A stretch of 62,671 nucleotides of DNA, the filler included, from Choristocarpus tenellus KU-1152 (taxonomy: Eukaryota; Protista; Phaeophyceae): assembly GCA_964200185.2 (NCBI GenBank). It is 14 parts of 14 records of this genome, joined end to end, with 100 filler letters (N's around TTAATTAATTAA, not from the genome) between each part and the next. Parts side by side here need not be neighbours in the genome. Positions count along the whole stretch, not along the records: positions 35,265 to 40,176 come from CAXNAD020012560.1; positions 40,277 to 43,431 come from CAXNAD020021907.1; positions 43,532 to 46,511 come from CAXNAD020023192.1; positions 46,612 to 50,166 come from CAXNAD020019293.1; 10 more parts are not named here. One strand, given 5' to 3'. The translations under genes were made by a program, and so were the position numbers. The notes beneath the pieces were generated by a model that was not told the DNA's origin, did no database searches, and saw nothing but the letters and a program-made list of their open reading frames with translations. This document shows positions 38,301 through 50,266 of this stretch, one piece after another; positions within the stretch are counted from its first letter, which is position 1; each line of letters opens with the position of its first letter.

Positions 38301-39715
38301 TAATAAAGGGGGCGGGCTCAGACAGTAAAGTAGTGGTAGCACTAATGTGGCGCTATTGACACAAAAGCACTCAGCATTCAATAGTACTCAATAATAATTT
38401 TATTCTTTCTACTACCAAAGAACTAGTGCTTCTCGTACCTGTACACCAGATAGATTACCAACAAATACCAAGTACTTTATGTAAAAAAAAAAATGTTAGC
38501 GGTACTGGTGCAGTGGGACCAAAAAAACCTACCTCAAAGTGGAGTTCTGCTCCAGAACCAAGGCACGGTCCAGTCTGTTCACCAACAGGAACCTAGGCCA
38601 GAACTGCACAATCTTTGTGAAGTGCCCCAGTCTGCCTGGGGGCACCACGATGTTGAACCCTACCTCCAGGGTCCCCTTAGCACCATGACGCACACTCAGG
38701 ACCTGCTCAACAAGGCCAACGGTTGAACAGCTGGGTTTTAAAACTCTGACTGGAACTGCAAATAGATGTCTACATAGGAAAATTTTGCATGTCAAACTCA
38801 CAGGAGGTTCACAAAACGATTGCATGTCGATACTCTTGCCAAGACAGGGACCACACGGTTACAAAAAGATCACAGAAACTCAACCATTTTGTTTGGTCCG
38901 ATCCGATCCGATCCGATCCGGTTCAGTCCAGCATGGTCCGGTCCGGTCCGGTCCGGTCCGTTTCGATCCTGTCCAGTCCAATCTCGTACAAACCAAACCA
39001 CACACAGTGTACAACTAATACACAAAAAGAAAAGAAAAGAAAAACACACACACACACAAAAACGCGCTCCACCCTGCACCAACGCTGCTGAACTTGCCTG
39101 GTCCACCCCGATCGTCTCCATGCTGAATGGCTTGCTCCAATCGCTGTCCTCTACCTGCACACACATCTTGCGCTCCCCAAGACCCAGCACACCTGACTCC
39201 CCGAAGTTGAACATGAATGCGTGCGCCATCAGATCCCTCAGGCACAGCTTCTCCCGAAGGAAGCTCTCGGGTTCAAACCCAGCCCCCAGGCTCTCGCCCA
39301 CCACATTGGTTCCCCCCTTCCCTCGGTACATTGGTCCAGGCATACCTGCAAAAATCCTCCGTGGTCGGTTCCCTCCACCATGGTCACCACCACGCGCAGT
39401 AGCACCATTTCCTCCATACTGTGTTCCTCCAGTCACGCTCCTCCCTCCTCCATGCCAACTCCCACGCAAGGTGTCACCCACTCCCACTCCTCCGTTGACA
39501 TTACTACCCTCTTCACCCCCTCCTGGTCGCCCCAGGCCGTCGGGTTTAACGTCTGTGTCAGGTACGTCCCTGACTCTGCCGTAACGCCCAACGCCTACCC
39601 CTGCGCCGCCAGCACTAACAGAGCTGCCAATCGTGTCCCAGGAGCTTGGGTTCATTGTCTGGTTTGCTTGAGGGGTGGGTCCCTGACTGCTCTGGCCGGA
39701 TTCACTGTATATATG

Positions 39716-39767
<52 letters not shown>

Positions 39768-40040
39768 GTGTNNNNNNNNNNGGGTGTGGGGGGGGGGGGG
39801 GGGGGGGACGGGGGGGGGGGAGGAGTACTACTTGGAATTGGAAAGGGGCTGCCTCAAAAGTGACACCTTTCACACAGGCGTTTATGTTGTTCTATTTTGC
39901 ACACACAACACAGAACGTTTCTGAGTTGGGTACCATACCTTAGACCAATGTCATCATTGGGGTAGATAGAACAATGACCATCACCGGCCTTTCCCACTGT
40001 ACCAGAGGGGAGGTTCTTGCTTCCATCCTGTCGGTACCTG
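35326..40040 (-). CDS. VPS13: VPS13-family lipid-transfer protein, internal exons (SHR-BD/VAB region followed by a PDZ domain)
   Basis: Exons encode VQVEDSDWSKPFSMETIGVDQ, PGRLGHFTKIVQFWPRFLLVNRL, PFHLPQTGGERELRIK and VEGGWQRSASFPVDLVGEYTLRL (VAB repeat motifs), then EVGIWLETDW..DIQ|VGDALIAINGESVEGMSFPEVMQTLK (PDZ). Confidence 0.85.
38893..38980. repeat. (CCGAT/CCGGT)n pentanucleotide microsatellite in a VPS13 intron
   Basis: Direct reading. Confidence 0.9.
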
Positions 40041-41351
40041 GACATACACACCACCAGAGAGTCAATGCATTGATGTATGGGACAGGTGGGCAAAGAGGGG
40101 GGGGGGGGGGAGACGTGTCATTAGCGGGTCGGCTAGAGCGTAAGCAGTGAAGGGATTGCTTCAACATAGGAACGGGNNNNNNNNNNNNNNNNNNNNNNNN
40201 NNNNNNNNNNNNNNNNNNNNTTAATTAATTAANNNNNNNNNNNNNNNNNNNNNNNNNNNNNNNNNNNNNNNNNNNNAGGGGAGGGGAGGGGAGGGGAGGG
40301 GAGGGGGGAAGGAAAAACGCCAACAGATGAGTTCACTCAAAAAACAAGAATCTATCCGTTGGAAAAGTTTCGACACAGATTGAACAACCAACTGCCCCCA
40401 CAATCAAAAGAAAAAAAAAATTGTTTAGTTTTTGAAGTGCAGATCAATAACCTACCCCTAACAGCCAAAACCCTGCCCTTAGGTGCGTGCGTGTGTGTGT
40501 ATTATGTGTGTGTACCAACCGGTGCTCACAGCCTCTTGGGTAAAAGTGTAATAATAGTAGTTATTATTATCATTATTATACTCATGGTTCACAAAAAGAG
40601 AAGCTATAATTATTTATCTACTTACAGACAACACAATTTTTTCACCACACAACTGCCAAGTATCGGAGACAGAAACCTGGAGACAACCCCCCCCCCCACC
40701 CCCCTCACATCCCTACACCCACCCTCTCCATCCACAAAACCAACAATATGAAACACNNNNNNNNNCCCCCCCATCCCCCCGAAAATCATTACACCCACCT
40801 GATCCATCCATAAAACCAACAGTATGAACTGCTCTTCAAAAAAAAATGCAACAAAAAAAAAAAGTTCCACTGTGAACGAGCTTCAAACCTTGAGCTGTAC
40901 TGCGCTATCCTGTTTGTCCACATTTGGCTTACAAAATGGAACAAAAGAGGCTCTTCTGTCGCGGACAAATCACTCTCTAAAATAAAAAATACTGTAATTT
41001 ATTTTTGCATTGCTTCTTTTGTAACCTCTCAATGTTGACATGCCCCCAAGCACATCCTTCTCGGGGGGAGGATGGAAGGCGTTGAGGGGACTGGTGATAG
41101 CTGCCAGGGTGGAGATAGTGGAATAAAGTGGGAAAGAGGTTATACTGAGAATATGAAGCTTCTGCAGGGTAGATAGAAAGGAAGAGTTTTAGTCCGAACC
41201 TTTTCCCATGGTCTAGGATATGTTCAGTATTTAGCCCTACTGAACAATAACAAGACGCTATTGAAACAATAGGGGACGTAAATCTCTAAAGGATGCTGAG
41301 TGCACAAAATAACATGTAGGGGAAGGGAGAGACATCAAAAAAGGGTCTTAC

Positions 41352-42503
41352 CTGGATCACCACGAGCAGTACCTCAATGTTGGCATTATAGGTTGCTGCC
41401 AAAGCCTAGCGATTCGGGGATGTGGGGGGAGGAGTGTTGTGAGAAACTTGCCACGACAGGTAATTACCCCTCACAAAAGAATTGCAGCTGTGCATGGTTG
41501 CCTGAATATGATACTACGTATCATTGGGTCAAACGTTCGCGGGGGGGCAGAAGAATGGGTGTACAGAAAGAATATGGCTTTTGATACTCTCATATCCGTT
41601 CCCATTCTGTAGACTGTTGACTGCATCCATACAACGGAAGGATTGACACCTGGTGAAGAGGTAATTGGTTGGGCAATGACTTTACCCTGTAAAAAGAGCT
41701 AAGGCACTAAAGTGAAGACCACTCCAGATGAATCGGAAGATTCAAAGAAGAGGAAACCCACAGAAATAATGTTCCAACGCAAAGCAACAAAAGGGAAAAG
41801 TGGGCGTAACGGTGAGAATATCCCCTCCTTCACGTGTCCAGCGAGTACCTCCCCCCACGACGCTGGACATCTAAAGCATGTACCCCTCCTTTTTCCACCC
41901 CAGAAACTACCACATAGATCCTACCCAATTCGAATATCGCATTCCATCCAATCTCGCAATTTCCCATGCTAACATATCACAACCTCAACCCTTCCCACTA
42001 CCCCGCCCTAACGCATATGCACCAAAACCACTACTACTCAATACTGCTTAGCAAATGAAAAACAGTTCAAAACGTAGGTGAAGATCAAGTCAAGTCAAGC
42101 CAAAACGTTGCAAAAAATCTGTGAGGACTAGCCGATCCAATGGATTGAAATTCACTCTCATGGTAGGTAAGAAACAGGTGTATTACGATGTTAGGCATCA
42201 TCACATGCATGCAACTGGGGCGAGTGGTTCTGTCTTGGTTGCTAACCCTTCTACCAGATCATATCGTCCATACCTACCACATCCTATCGGTCACAAAATA
42301 TGAACACTATTTGTACGTTAGGGTCTACAGGCTAAAGGGAGTGTGGACACCCTCGAAGTATAAAGATGCTACTTAATCACCTTGTTGGCCATCACCATTG
42401 AGACAGAGCAAAAGCAGTAACTTGTACACGCTGCAGCAGAAAGAATCGCCGCCATCATCCCATTACGGTCTCTACTAACATCTGTTGACGACAACACCAC
42501 CAT
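41352..42503 (-). CDS. Nucleotide-sugar (GDP-mannose/GDP-fucose, GONST/VRG4-like) transporter, first two exons (42503-42381, 41405-41352)
   Basis: MVVLSS..AACTSYCFCSVSMVMANK|ALAATYNANIEVLLVVIQ matches the first TM motif Y..CS..M...NK and LL..Q of SLC35D-type transporters; phase-0 GT/AG junctions. Confidence 0.75.
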
Positions 42504-43097
42504 GTTGTAACCACCCTTTTTGATGAATCCTTTGTGCCTTGTCGTCAAGTCCCCTTGAACGTGTGTACCCCCAACGAAAGAAAGAGCAAGAGGATGCTAT
42601 CGCGGGAGAGGCAAAAGGGACTTTTAAGGTGTGACTCGAGAGCGTCCTTTCGCCTTGGAAAAAGGGGATAACAATATCAATCTATCATTGGCGTGTTTTC
42701 CATATAATTTATTACCCAATTCCCAATATCTCAGTTTTGGTTTTTGGTTTTTTGTCAGGATGAGATACTATTCTCCTCACAAGTCTCTCTGTCTCCACTC
42801 AACAAAATGCTGTTCTCTTACTATTTGATGGGTCACATAAGACCTGTACGTTAAAACAAGTTGACGTTCTTTGTATCCTACGTATTGGACTTACAACATT
42901 ATTCTCCTCACTTAACCACTTCGAATCATTAAAGAATATATATACGCGAAGATGATTCGAAAACATTGGATCGTTGAAAAACATAGACCTCCCTCCTCTC
43001 CGTTTACTCAATATTCTTACAGTGGTGTGTCTCTTCACTTTATTCTTCAATGCAATTACTATCCATGTATAATCTTGTATCCCTAATATTTTCTAAA

Positions 43098-43365
43098 TGT
43101 GTTAAGGGAAAAACTAAACGGATGTATTTTCTACTTGAAGACAACATTATATAATAACGACGACATACATATAGTTCTCATTTGTTGCCCCCCTGACACA
43201 CCTGCCAAATTCCAGAGGGCATAAAAATAATTGTTAAGGGAAAAACAAAACGGATGTATGTTCTACTTGAAGACAAAATATATAATAACGACGACATAAA
43301 TGTAGTTTTCATTTGTTTCCTCCCTGACACACCTGCCAAATGCCAGAGGGCATAATAATATAATA
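43098..43365 (+). repeat. Tandem duplication of a ~130-bp unit, each ending in the CRE-type 3' tail
   Basis: tgttaagggaaaaac.aaacggatgtat...ccctgacacacctgccaaat.ccagagggcataa x2. Confidence 0.85.
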
Positions 43366-44713
43366 CATATATATATATATGTGTGTGTGTGTATATAAAA
43401 TGTCCTAAACATAAGAATACTATAAGACAATNNNNNNNNNNNNNNNNNNNNNNNNNNNNNNNNNNNNNNNNNNNNTTAATTAATTAANNNNNNNNNNNNN
43501 NNNNNNNNNNNNNNNNNNNNNNNNNNNNNNNTGCACGGCCCTTCTCTTGGCTTCCGTTCCTGACAGTGGACTCAAACAAACAAACAAACAAACACCCTCC
43601 CCCCATACAAAACATGAACGCCAACAAGCAATGCACCAGCAAGCACAGCACAAACGCTGAAATGCTAGTATATCAATACAATCATCTGCTGTCTACGCAC
43701 AGTAGTAGTACCATGTCTTCCACACCTACATAGTGAGGAGATGTCCCTGACTCTATCCCACCTCGTCTACAAACAAAAAGGAAAGCATTCTTATTCCAAT
43801 CCATTAAAAAAAAAAATGCTTGTCTTTCATCCTACACTGCATCAGCCCAAAAATCGATCAAACAACACCCCTCCCCCAAACACAGCACTGTCACAAGGAC
43901 TACACAACAACCTCACCTCTTCTAACTGTCTCTCTTCTCTCTTGTGTACTGCTGTGGCCTATTTTGAGTGTGGTGTATCAATATATATATACACACACAT
44001 ATACCAATAATTTGTACTCGCTGTACCATACCACAGATATAACAAACTACAAAAATGCCATGCACGTGGGAGCCTCCCCCACTTGGGGAACCACCCCCCT
44101 GTTACGGGAGCTACATGTACCCCATAAAGTGCCCTAACCTGTGCACAGCGTCCTTCACTTCACTTCACTTCACTCACACACAAAACGATGAATCAGCAGG
44201 TCGATGTGCCACAATAAAAGCATAAAAAAATTGGGGATGGCTGCCGGGTGCCACCCTAACCCCCATTTTTTTTATCCATTTTTGTGGCACATTCACCAAC
44301 TGCTTCATTGTCTTGTGAGTGTGTGTGTGAAGTAGAGCATGTCAGGCGCAAGTTAGGGCACTTCAATGGGCACATCCACCCAATTATTCCTGCACATAGT
44401 TCTGGCTCCCTTTGTAGGGAGGGTGTTTCCTTTCCTCCAGCGGAGGTGACTACACGTCCACGGCAACACACAAGACAGTGAAGTAGATAGTTCCAAAACA
44501 CGGCACCCTTCTTCGGCTCTTGAAATTGAAAACAAACGCCTTCTATGTACATTATAGAATGTTTTGTACCTTTTCATGTTTTCTCCACCAACTGGATAAA
44601 AAGAGGATTGAGATGCGAGTCACTCTTGTCAGCAGGCGGCACTACAGAGCTTCATAATGAAGAAAAATGCCCACAGAGGCCACACACCCCATCCCCCCAC
44701 GCCTCTCAGTCAC

Positions 44714-46215
44714 CTTTCCAATGGCATCAGCCAGATCACCCTTGGCGGCTTCTAGCTCAGACTCGACATCAGACAGGCGGGCGGCCAGTGATGACGCCTC
44801 TGCTGCTAGGTTGGAAACCTTCTCACAATATCAACAGCGGCAGCAATATACACAGAGAGGTAGAAAGCATGTAACATGTCACCAAAAATACTATTATATA
44901 ACAGAACAACACAACGGAGCAAAGAAAATAGAGAGGCGGCACAGCTACATGGATGGGAACGGATGACCAGGTGACAGAATGCAGGGCATCTGTCTTGCCC
45001 TCTGCTGTGCTGCAAACGAAAAGAATGGCAGTTCTAGTAGTAGACAGTTACATAGCACACCGACCTACCAAACTGCAAAACTCAAATATAATATGAAAAG
45101 CATATGCTTCCATGAACTAATGCAGGCTTTGGAAGATACTAGGACAACACAAAAAATCCCACCCAATCCAAAACAGGAATTAGAAACTTCTCAAGTACGT
45201 GACAGGACCACTACATGTATGTGTGTGTATGTGTTGATTTGTTTGTGCCGTAGAGTTCGTACTACATCTTGCTGTGTATTCTTCAAGGGTAACATAGACT
45301 TTGAGCGGGGCTGCTCTAAGCCATTTTCAATGTTTCACTGCTGGCGTGTGTGCCATTGTGCCTTATCAGGGTCCATGTATGGCACAGTGTTCACGCCTCC
45401 TATTCGTTCTTTGTATGCCCTACACAATGGGCACAAACCATACTTTGTAGACAAAGTGCAAAAATAGTGAAAAGCAAGAATGGAAAAAAAAGAGTCAAAC
45501 ATACCCTAACCCTCACTCTATACACCAATATACATCATCAGCACAAGATAAAAGTCTTGACCCAAGTATACTGTTTGTACACATCACAGAAACACCTCAA
45601 GCCAGTGCTGGGCCAAATGCATGTTGTGGATGTTTCAATTGAGAAAAGCCACAAAATAAAATGGAAGGATCACAACAACTACCAGACAACACCTTGACTT
45701 GACAAAGATCACATTTTCTACTGAGTACATTTGTAGCATAAAATAGAAAAGAAGCATTGCTCCTTTTGATGCTATCTGTTTCCTGTCCATGCCTCTATCC
45801 TCAGTTTTCCACTGCTTCAGGTAGTACATAGTTTAGCTTTACGTCTATAGTCCGTACTAGAACTACTCAGTATACCACCATCTAACTGGACACTTCACCC
45901 CTCATTCAATTCTAGCGCATTCTACCGCCCCTAAAATTAATCAACAATCAACACAGTTGTCAACACCTCACCTCATTGCAAACACGGCCATCACCATCAC
46001 CGCCTACACCCCTTGGAATTGATTCAATGGCACCATGGGGCTTGGCCTCAATGGCAGCGCAGTCTCTCCAGAACAACTCAAACCTCCTCCAGAGGACACT
46101 CACAGCATCAACAACAACAGGGTCCCTCAACCGGAACCCGTTGCAGAGGAACCTTGTGGCCTCCGCAGCAATAGGGTCACTTAGAAGCAACCTCAGGGCC
46201 TCCTCCGCATTGCTT
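44714..46215 (-). CDS. Putative exons of an unknown coiled-coil protein
   Basis: ALRLLLSDPIAAEATRFLCNGF..VLWRRFELFW..NE|gtgag and ag|VSNLAAEASSLAARLSDVESELEAAKGDLADAIGK|gtga. Confidence 0.45.
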
Positions 46216-46241
46216 TGACCCCAAGATTGCTGGGATCTGGT

Positions 46242-46320
46242 AGGGAAGGGAAGGGAAGGGGAGGGAAGGGAAGGGAAGGGAAGGGAAGGGAAGGGAAGGG
46301 AAGGGAAGGGAGGGAGGGGA
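46242..46320. repeat. (AGGGA)n microsatellite
   Basis: Direct reading. Confidence 0.95.
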
Positions 46321-46614
46321 TTGTGGAAGGTGAGGTCGTCAAGCCTACCGTGGCAAGAGGACCTTCAAACCATAGATGTGACAATGTTCGTTCCATCTCT
46401 GCAGGGGGAAGGGGGCTGCACAACTCAGGCGATACCGGTCCACTCCCTGTCCAGACTCCTCAACTCACTACTCCCTCATATGCCACATTTATAGACTTCC
46501 TGCAACCACTCNNNNNNNNNNNNNNNNNNNNNNNNNNNNNNNNNNNNNNNNNNNNTTAATTAATTAANNNNNNNNNNNNNNNNNNNNNNNNNNNNNNNNN
46601 NNNNNNNNNNNGGA

Positions 46615-46670
<56 letters not shown>

Positions 46671-46904
46671 GGGTATTCCTTGTTCAAGGCGTTATTGACT
46701 GTAGGTGGTGGTTTGGTGGGGTTTTGTCATTTAGAGTAAGAGATCTGGTGACATTCTTGTAGGGTGGTGTGGAGGCATCTATGTTGAAGTTGAAGTTGAT
46801 GCTGTTGGTTTTTGGAGTACTGTTGCAGGTTGCATATATTATAGCGCTTTTTGTATATTATACAATTACGGGGGTTTTTGTCAATAATATTATTGATAGT
46901 AAAG

Positions 46905-49395
46905 TGTAGGGTTAGGGTTGTAGGGTATTTGTAGTGATACAGGGTATACACAGTCAATGAGGGTAGGGTTAGGGTTGGAGATAGGGGCAATGCATGCGGT
47001 CACGGTGTCACTGAGATTTATTTTCAATTTTTTTCCTTCAAAGTAGGTGTTAGGGTTAGGGTTAGGAGCAGTTGATTGTATTGTGCATGCTAACCCTAAC
47101 CCTAAGTATACTGTTGTTACGTACTTGTAGCACTTTTGGTGAGACATTTGCTAGGTCTGTTTCATGGTAGTTCCTGTAACTATTCTTGTGCTAGAGAGAT
47201 GGAAGGCGTTGCGATAAGGTAGACCTGTAAAAGTGCCCCATAATGCCTTGAATTGAGCTACGACATCCTGAATGATAGATACAACCTTTACCCCAAAAAC
47301 ACGACCCCGATGCACACTGTTTTGTTTTGTTTTTCTGTGGGGACCAACCAGGCTGGGATTGGTGAGAGTCAATCAGAGAGGGAGGGGGGGGAAGGGGAGG
47401 CGAAGGCAGACGCAGGAACTGTGATGAAAGAGAGGGCATCGCTTGCACAGAAGAGGGCAATAGTTTCCGCTTTCTCACACAGGTTGGAGCAGCAACAAGC
47501 CATGACTACTCAGTCCATGCGGGCCATTGCAGAGTTGTACCACTGTGCCATGCTTGCTGCGACAAGGTAGGGTGGTGTGGTTTGACGACCTCAGGGTACT
47601 GTTTTTGTGGTATGACAATGTAAGGTATATAGGTGGTTGTTTTCCTCTGTTTTTTCTGCGCTCGCTGTTTTGCAAAAAAAAGGTACGGTGGTTTTGTTTT
47701 GATGTTATTTGGGCATACCTTTTTGTGGTATGACAATGTAATGTGTACCTTGTTTTGCTCTTTCCTGTGGTTTGTGGGTGGTGTTGTTGGTACTGTTGAT
47801 AGTTACAACAGTGGGGTTGGGGTTAGGGTTAGGGTTAGGGTATGGATTTTATTTATTTGTAGGGTGTACCTTGTTTTGCTCTTTCCTGTGTTTACCACTG
47901 TGAAACACGATGGTGTAGTGTGACATTTTTGGGTGTATCTTGATCTGACCTTTGAAGAGTGGTACTATTTATTTAGTTCCTCTGTCTTCAGTGGAGTGCC
48001 CATACCAATAGCGCAGCAGCTTGTCTTAGGGTTAGGGTTAGGGTTAGGGTCAATGCCTCTCTTTATTGTGGTAAGGTGTTGTGCCAAGCCATTACAATGC
48101 CATTTTGAGTGTGTTGCAGGTCCAATGAGAGTCCAATCATCTCTCTCCAGAATACAATATCCTCTACAGCAGTCATACATAGCGTAGTTCTATCTAGCCC
48201 ATCTTTTCTGGTACAATATATCAATACATCAATACATCAACACACGATAAGGGCAGTGTTATTGGTCGGTTATGAGAGTTAGGGATTAAGGTTATTGGTA
48301 TCACAACTCGTCTAACCCTAACCCTAACTCTTGATTGCATCTCTTGACTTGTACACCACTGTAACCTATTTACACCTTCTCAGAGGATGACAAGATCGAC
48401 ACAAAAAGGGAAGTACTCTAATTACTGTGTTTCTATGAGTGTGTGTTAGTATTAATCCGGCAGAGGGATATTTCCAACTTTGGTCTTCTTTTTTTTAATC
48501 AGGAATAGTCGATTAACTCTATTGATTCAGTGCACTGTTTATAAATAATATTTAGTTTGTTTCCAGAGCAATCGATGTATTTTGTTGATGGCAATATATT
48601 GGTGTTCAGTGTTTATATGATTTTTTCAATTCTGATTACTTTTTCAGTTTAGTTGTTACTGTTCTATGTATTGAATTGTGTGTGTTTGTGTGTCACCTTT
48701 GTTTCTCCTTTCAATAACCTCTCTCTTAGGGCTAGGGAGTTCATGTTTTTGTTCTTTTTGGGGGCTATGATGACTTACGTGCTTGATGGAGAGTTGTAGT
48801 TTCATGACTGGAGAGTCCTAATGTCATTCATACTCACATTTGCTCTTGCTATTGTTCATAAGTTTTTTTTTATTATGAGTATTAACCTTTTGCCACTCCT
48901 CCACCTCAATGCCTTGTACACCCACCCACATGACACTGTGACGTCCACTACTGCATCACTTGTTGTTTAAGGGTTAGGGTAGATTTATCAACAGCAAGCA
49001 TGGTGGCTGTGGCATTGGTGAAGGCAGTCAACTCCTGCGATTCTGCTGCAACAGCCACTGTTCACCACCCTCCTTATGCTGTGGGTATGTTCAATGCTAT
49101 CTTGGACGGGTGTGCTTCTTTGAGTTTTGTATCACCGCCTCCTGAAGATGACAGTGGAGACACTGGTTCAGGATCTGGGGACTACACTGGTAACCTCTTG
49201 GGACTGATGGCTTGCTTGGCTCCTAAGGTACAGTTGGTTTAGGGTTAGGGTTAGGGTAAGCTTGTTGTGCTTCTTACTTTTTTTAATGGAGCGCTCTAGG
49301 GTTGGGTTGGTTGGTTGGTTGTGATTTCGGGGGGAGGGGTATTGTGATTTTATTTTTAACTTGAATGTGTTAGGGTTAGGGTTAGGGTTAGGGTT
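46905..49395. repeat. Multiple short interstitial telomeric (TTAGGG)2-4 arrays (e.g. 46908, 46965, 47050, 47820, 48026, 48312, 49240, 49370); also 59081-59103
   Basis: Direct reading; TTAGGG is the Ectocarpus-type telomere unit. Confidence 0.9.
47352..49228 (+). CDS. Putative exons of an unknown helical protein
   Basis: Open segments ending at GT donors (..AIAELYHCAMLAATR|gtag; ..NLLGLMACLAPK|gtac); no recognised family. Confidence 0.4.
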
Positions 49396-49443
49396 GGCTT
49401 TGAATATGTGCTGGTGTATTAGTGTTTGTAATGCAAGAGGGTT

Positions 49444-49706
49444 GAGTGAAAGTATCTTAGAGGGTACGAGTTTTGCCCTGTTTGTCCATTTGAGGCTTGT
49501 CTTCGCATGCCTTTTTTAATGACATTTTCCTACTCAAAATATTTTCGGAGTAGGTACAATGTATGCGTTATGAAAAGGTATGACCGGAACAAGGATATTG
49601 ACACTTCCTAACAAATGCGATAGCCAAAATTACATTGAGATTGCAACATTGGAATTTGGCCCTCAAATGGACATGGCTCTACCCTAACCCTAAGATAGTT
49701 TGGCTC
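49444..49706 (+). mobile_element. MITE family A
   Basis: gagtgaaagtatcttagagggta / taccctaaccctaagatagtttggctc; 4-bp TSD GGTT. Confidence 0.93.
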
Positions 49707-49965
49707 GGTTGCTATTCTCAACATGTATCCTCGGGTGTGTGTGTATGTTTTTTTGTGAGAAATATTATGCCTTTTTTTGTCAAACATTTGAAAAAACGTT
49801 CGTAGAACATGCCTTTTTTTGTCAAACTGTGAACTGTGAGATGTGGTGTTACCCTTTGTGAGGTGTAGTAGCAATTTTATCGGCCGCAGGAGCGCTTTTG
49901 TGTGATATGACTTGAGTGACATTTTGGGGGGGGGGGGGGGGGGGGGGGGGAGAGAAAAACAACAC

Positions 49966-50002
<37 letters not shown>

Positions 50003-50023
50003 GGGGGTGGAGGGGGGGGGGGG

Positions 50024-50166
50024 GGGTCGGCGTCCACTTTTCACACTTTTTTCGATTTTCACTTTTTTTAATGTGATTTGGTCGTCGCAGTGTCGGATTT
50101 GAAATGTCAGCAAAAAAAAAGAGTTGTTTGACCGAAACGGACGCCCCCTCACAAACCACCGCCCCG
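50024..50166 (+). mobile_element. MITE family C body (contig end)
   Basis: Reverse-complement match to 20-145. Confidence 0.85.
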
Positions 50167-50266
50167 NNNNNNNNNNNNNNNNNNNNNNNNNNNNNNNNNN
50201 NNNNNNNNNNTTAATTAATTAANNNNNNNNNNNNNNNNNNNNNNNNNNNNNNNNNNNNNNNNNNNN

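Noticed and set aside
38820-39943. Long + strand ORFs (254 and 240 aa)
   Set aside because: Antisense shadows of the GC-rich VPS13 exon and microsatellites
49608-50159. Poly-Pro/poly-Gly ORFs (also 11472-11775 and 30069-30505)
   Set aside because: Translations of G/C homopolymers in low-quality contig ends
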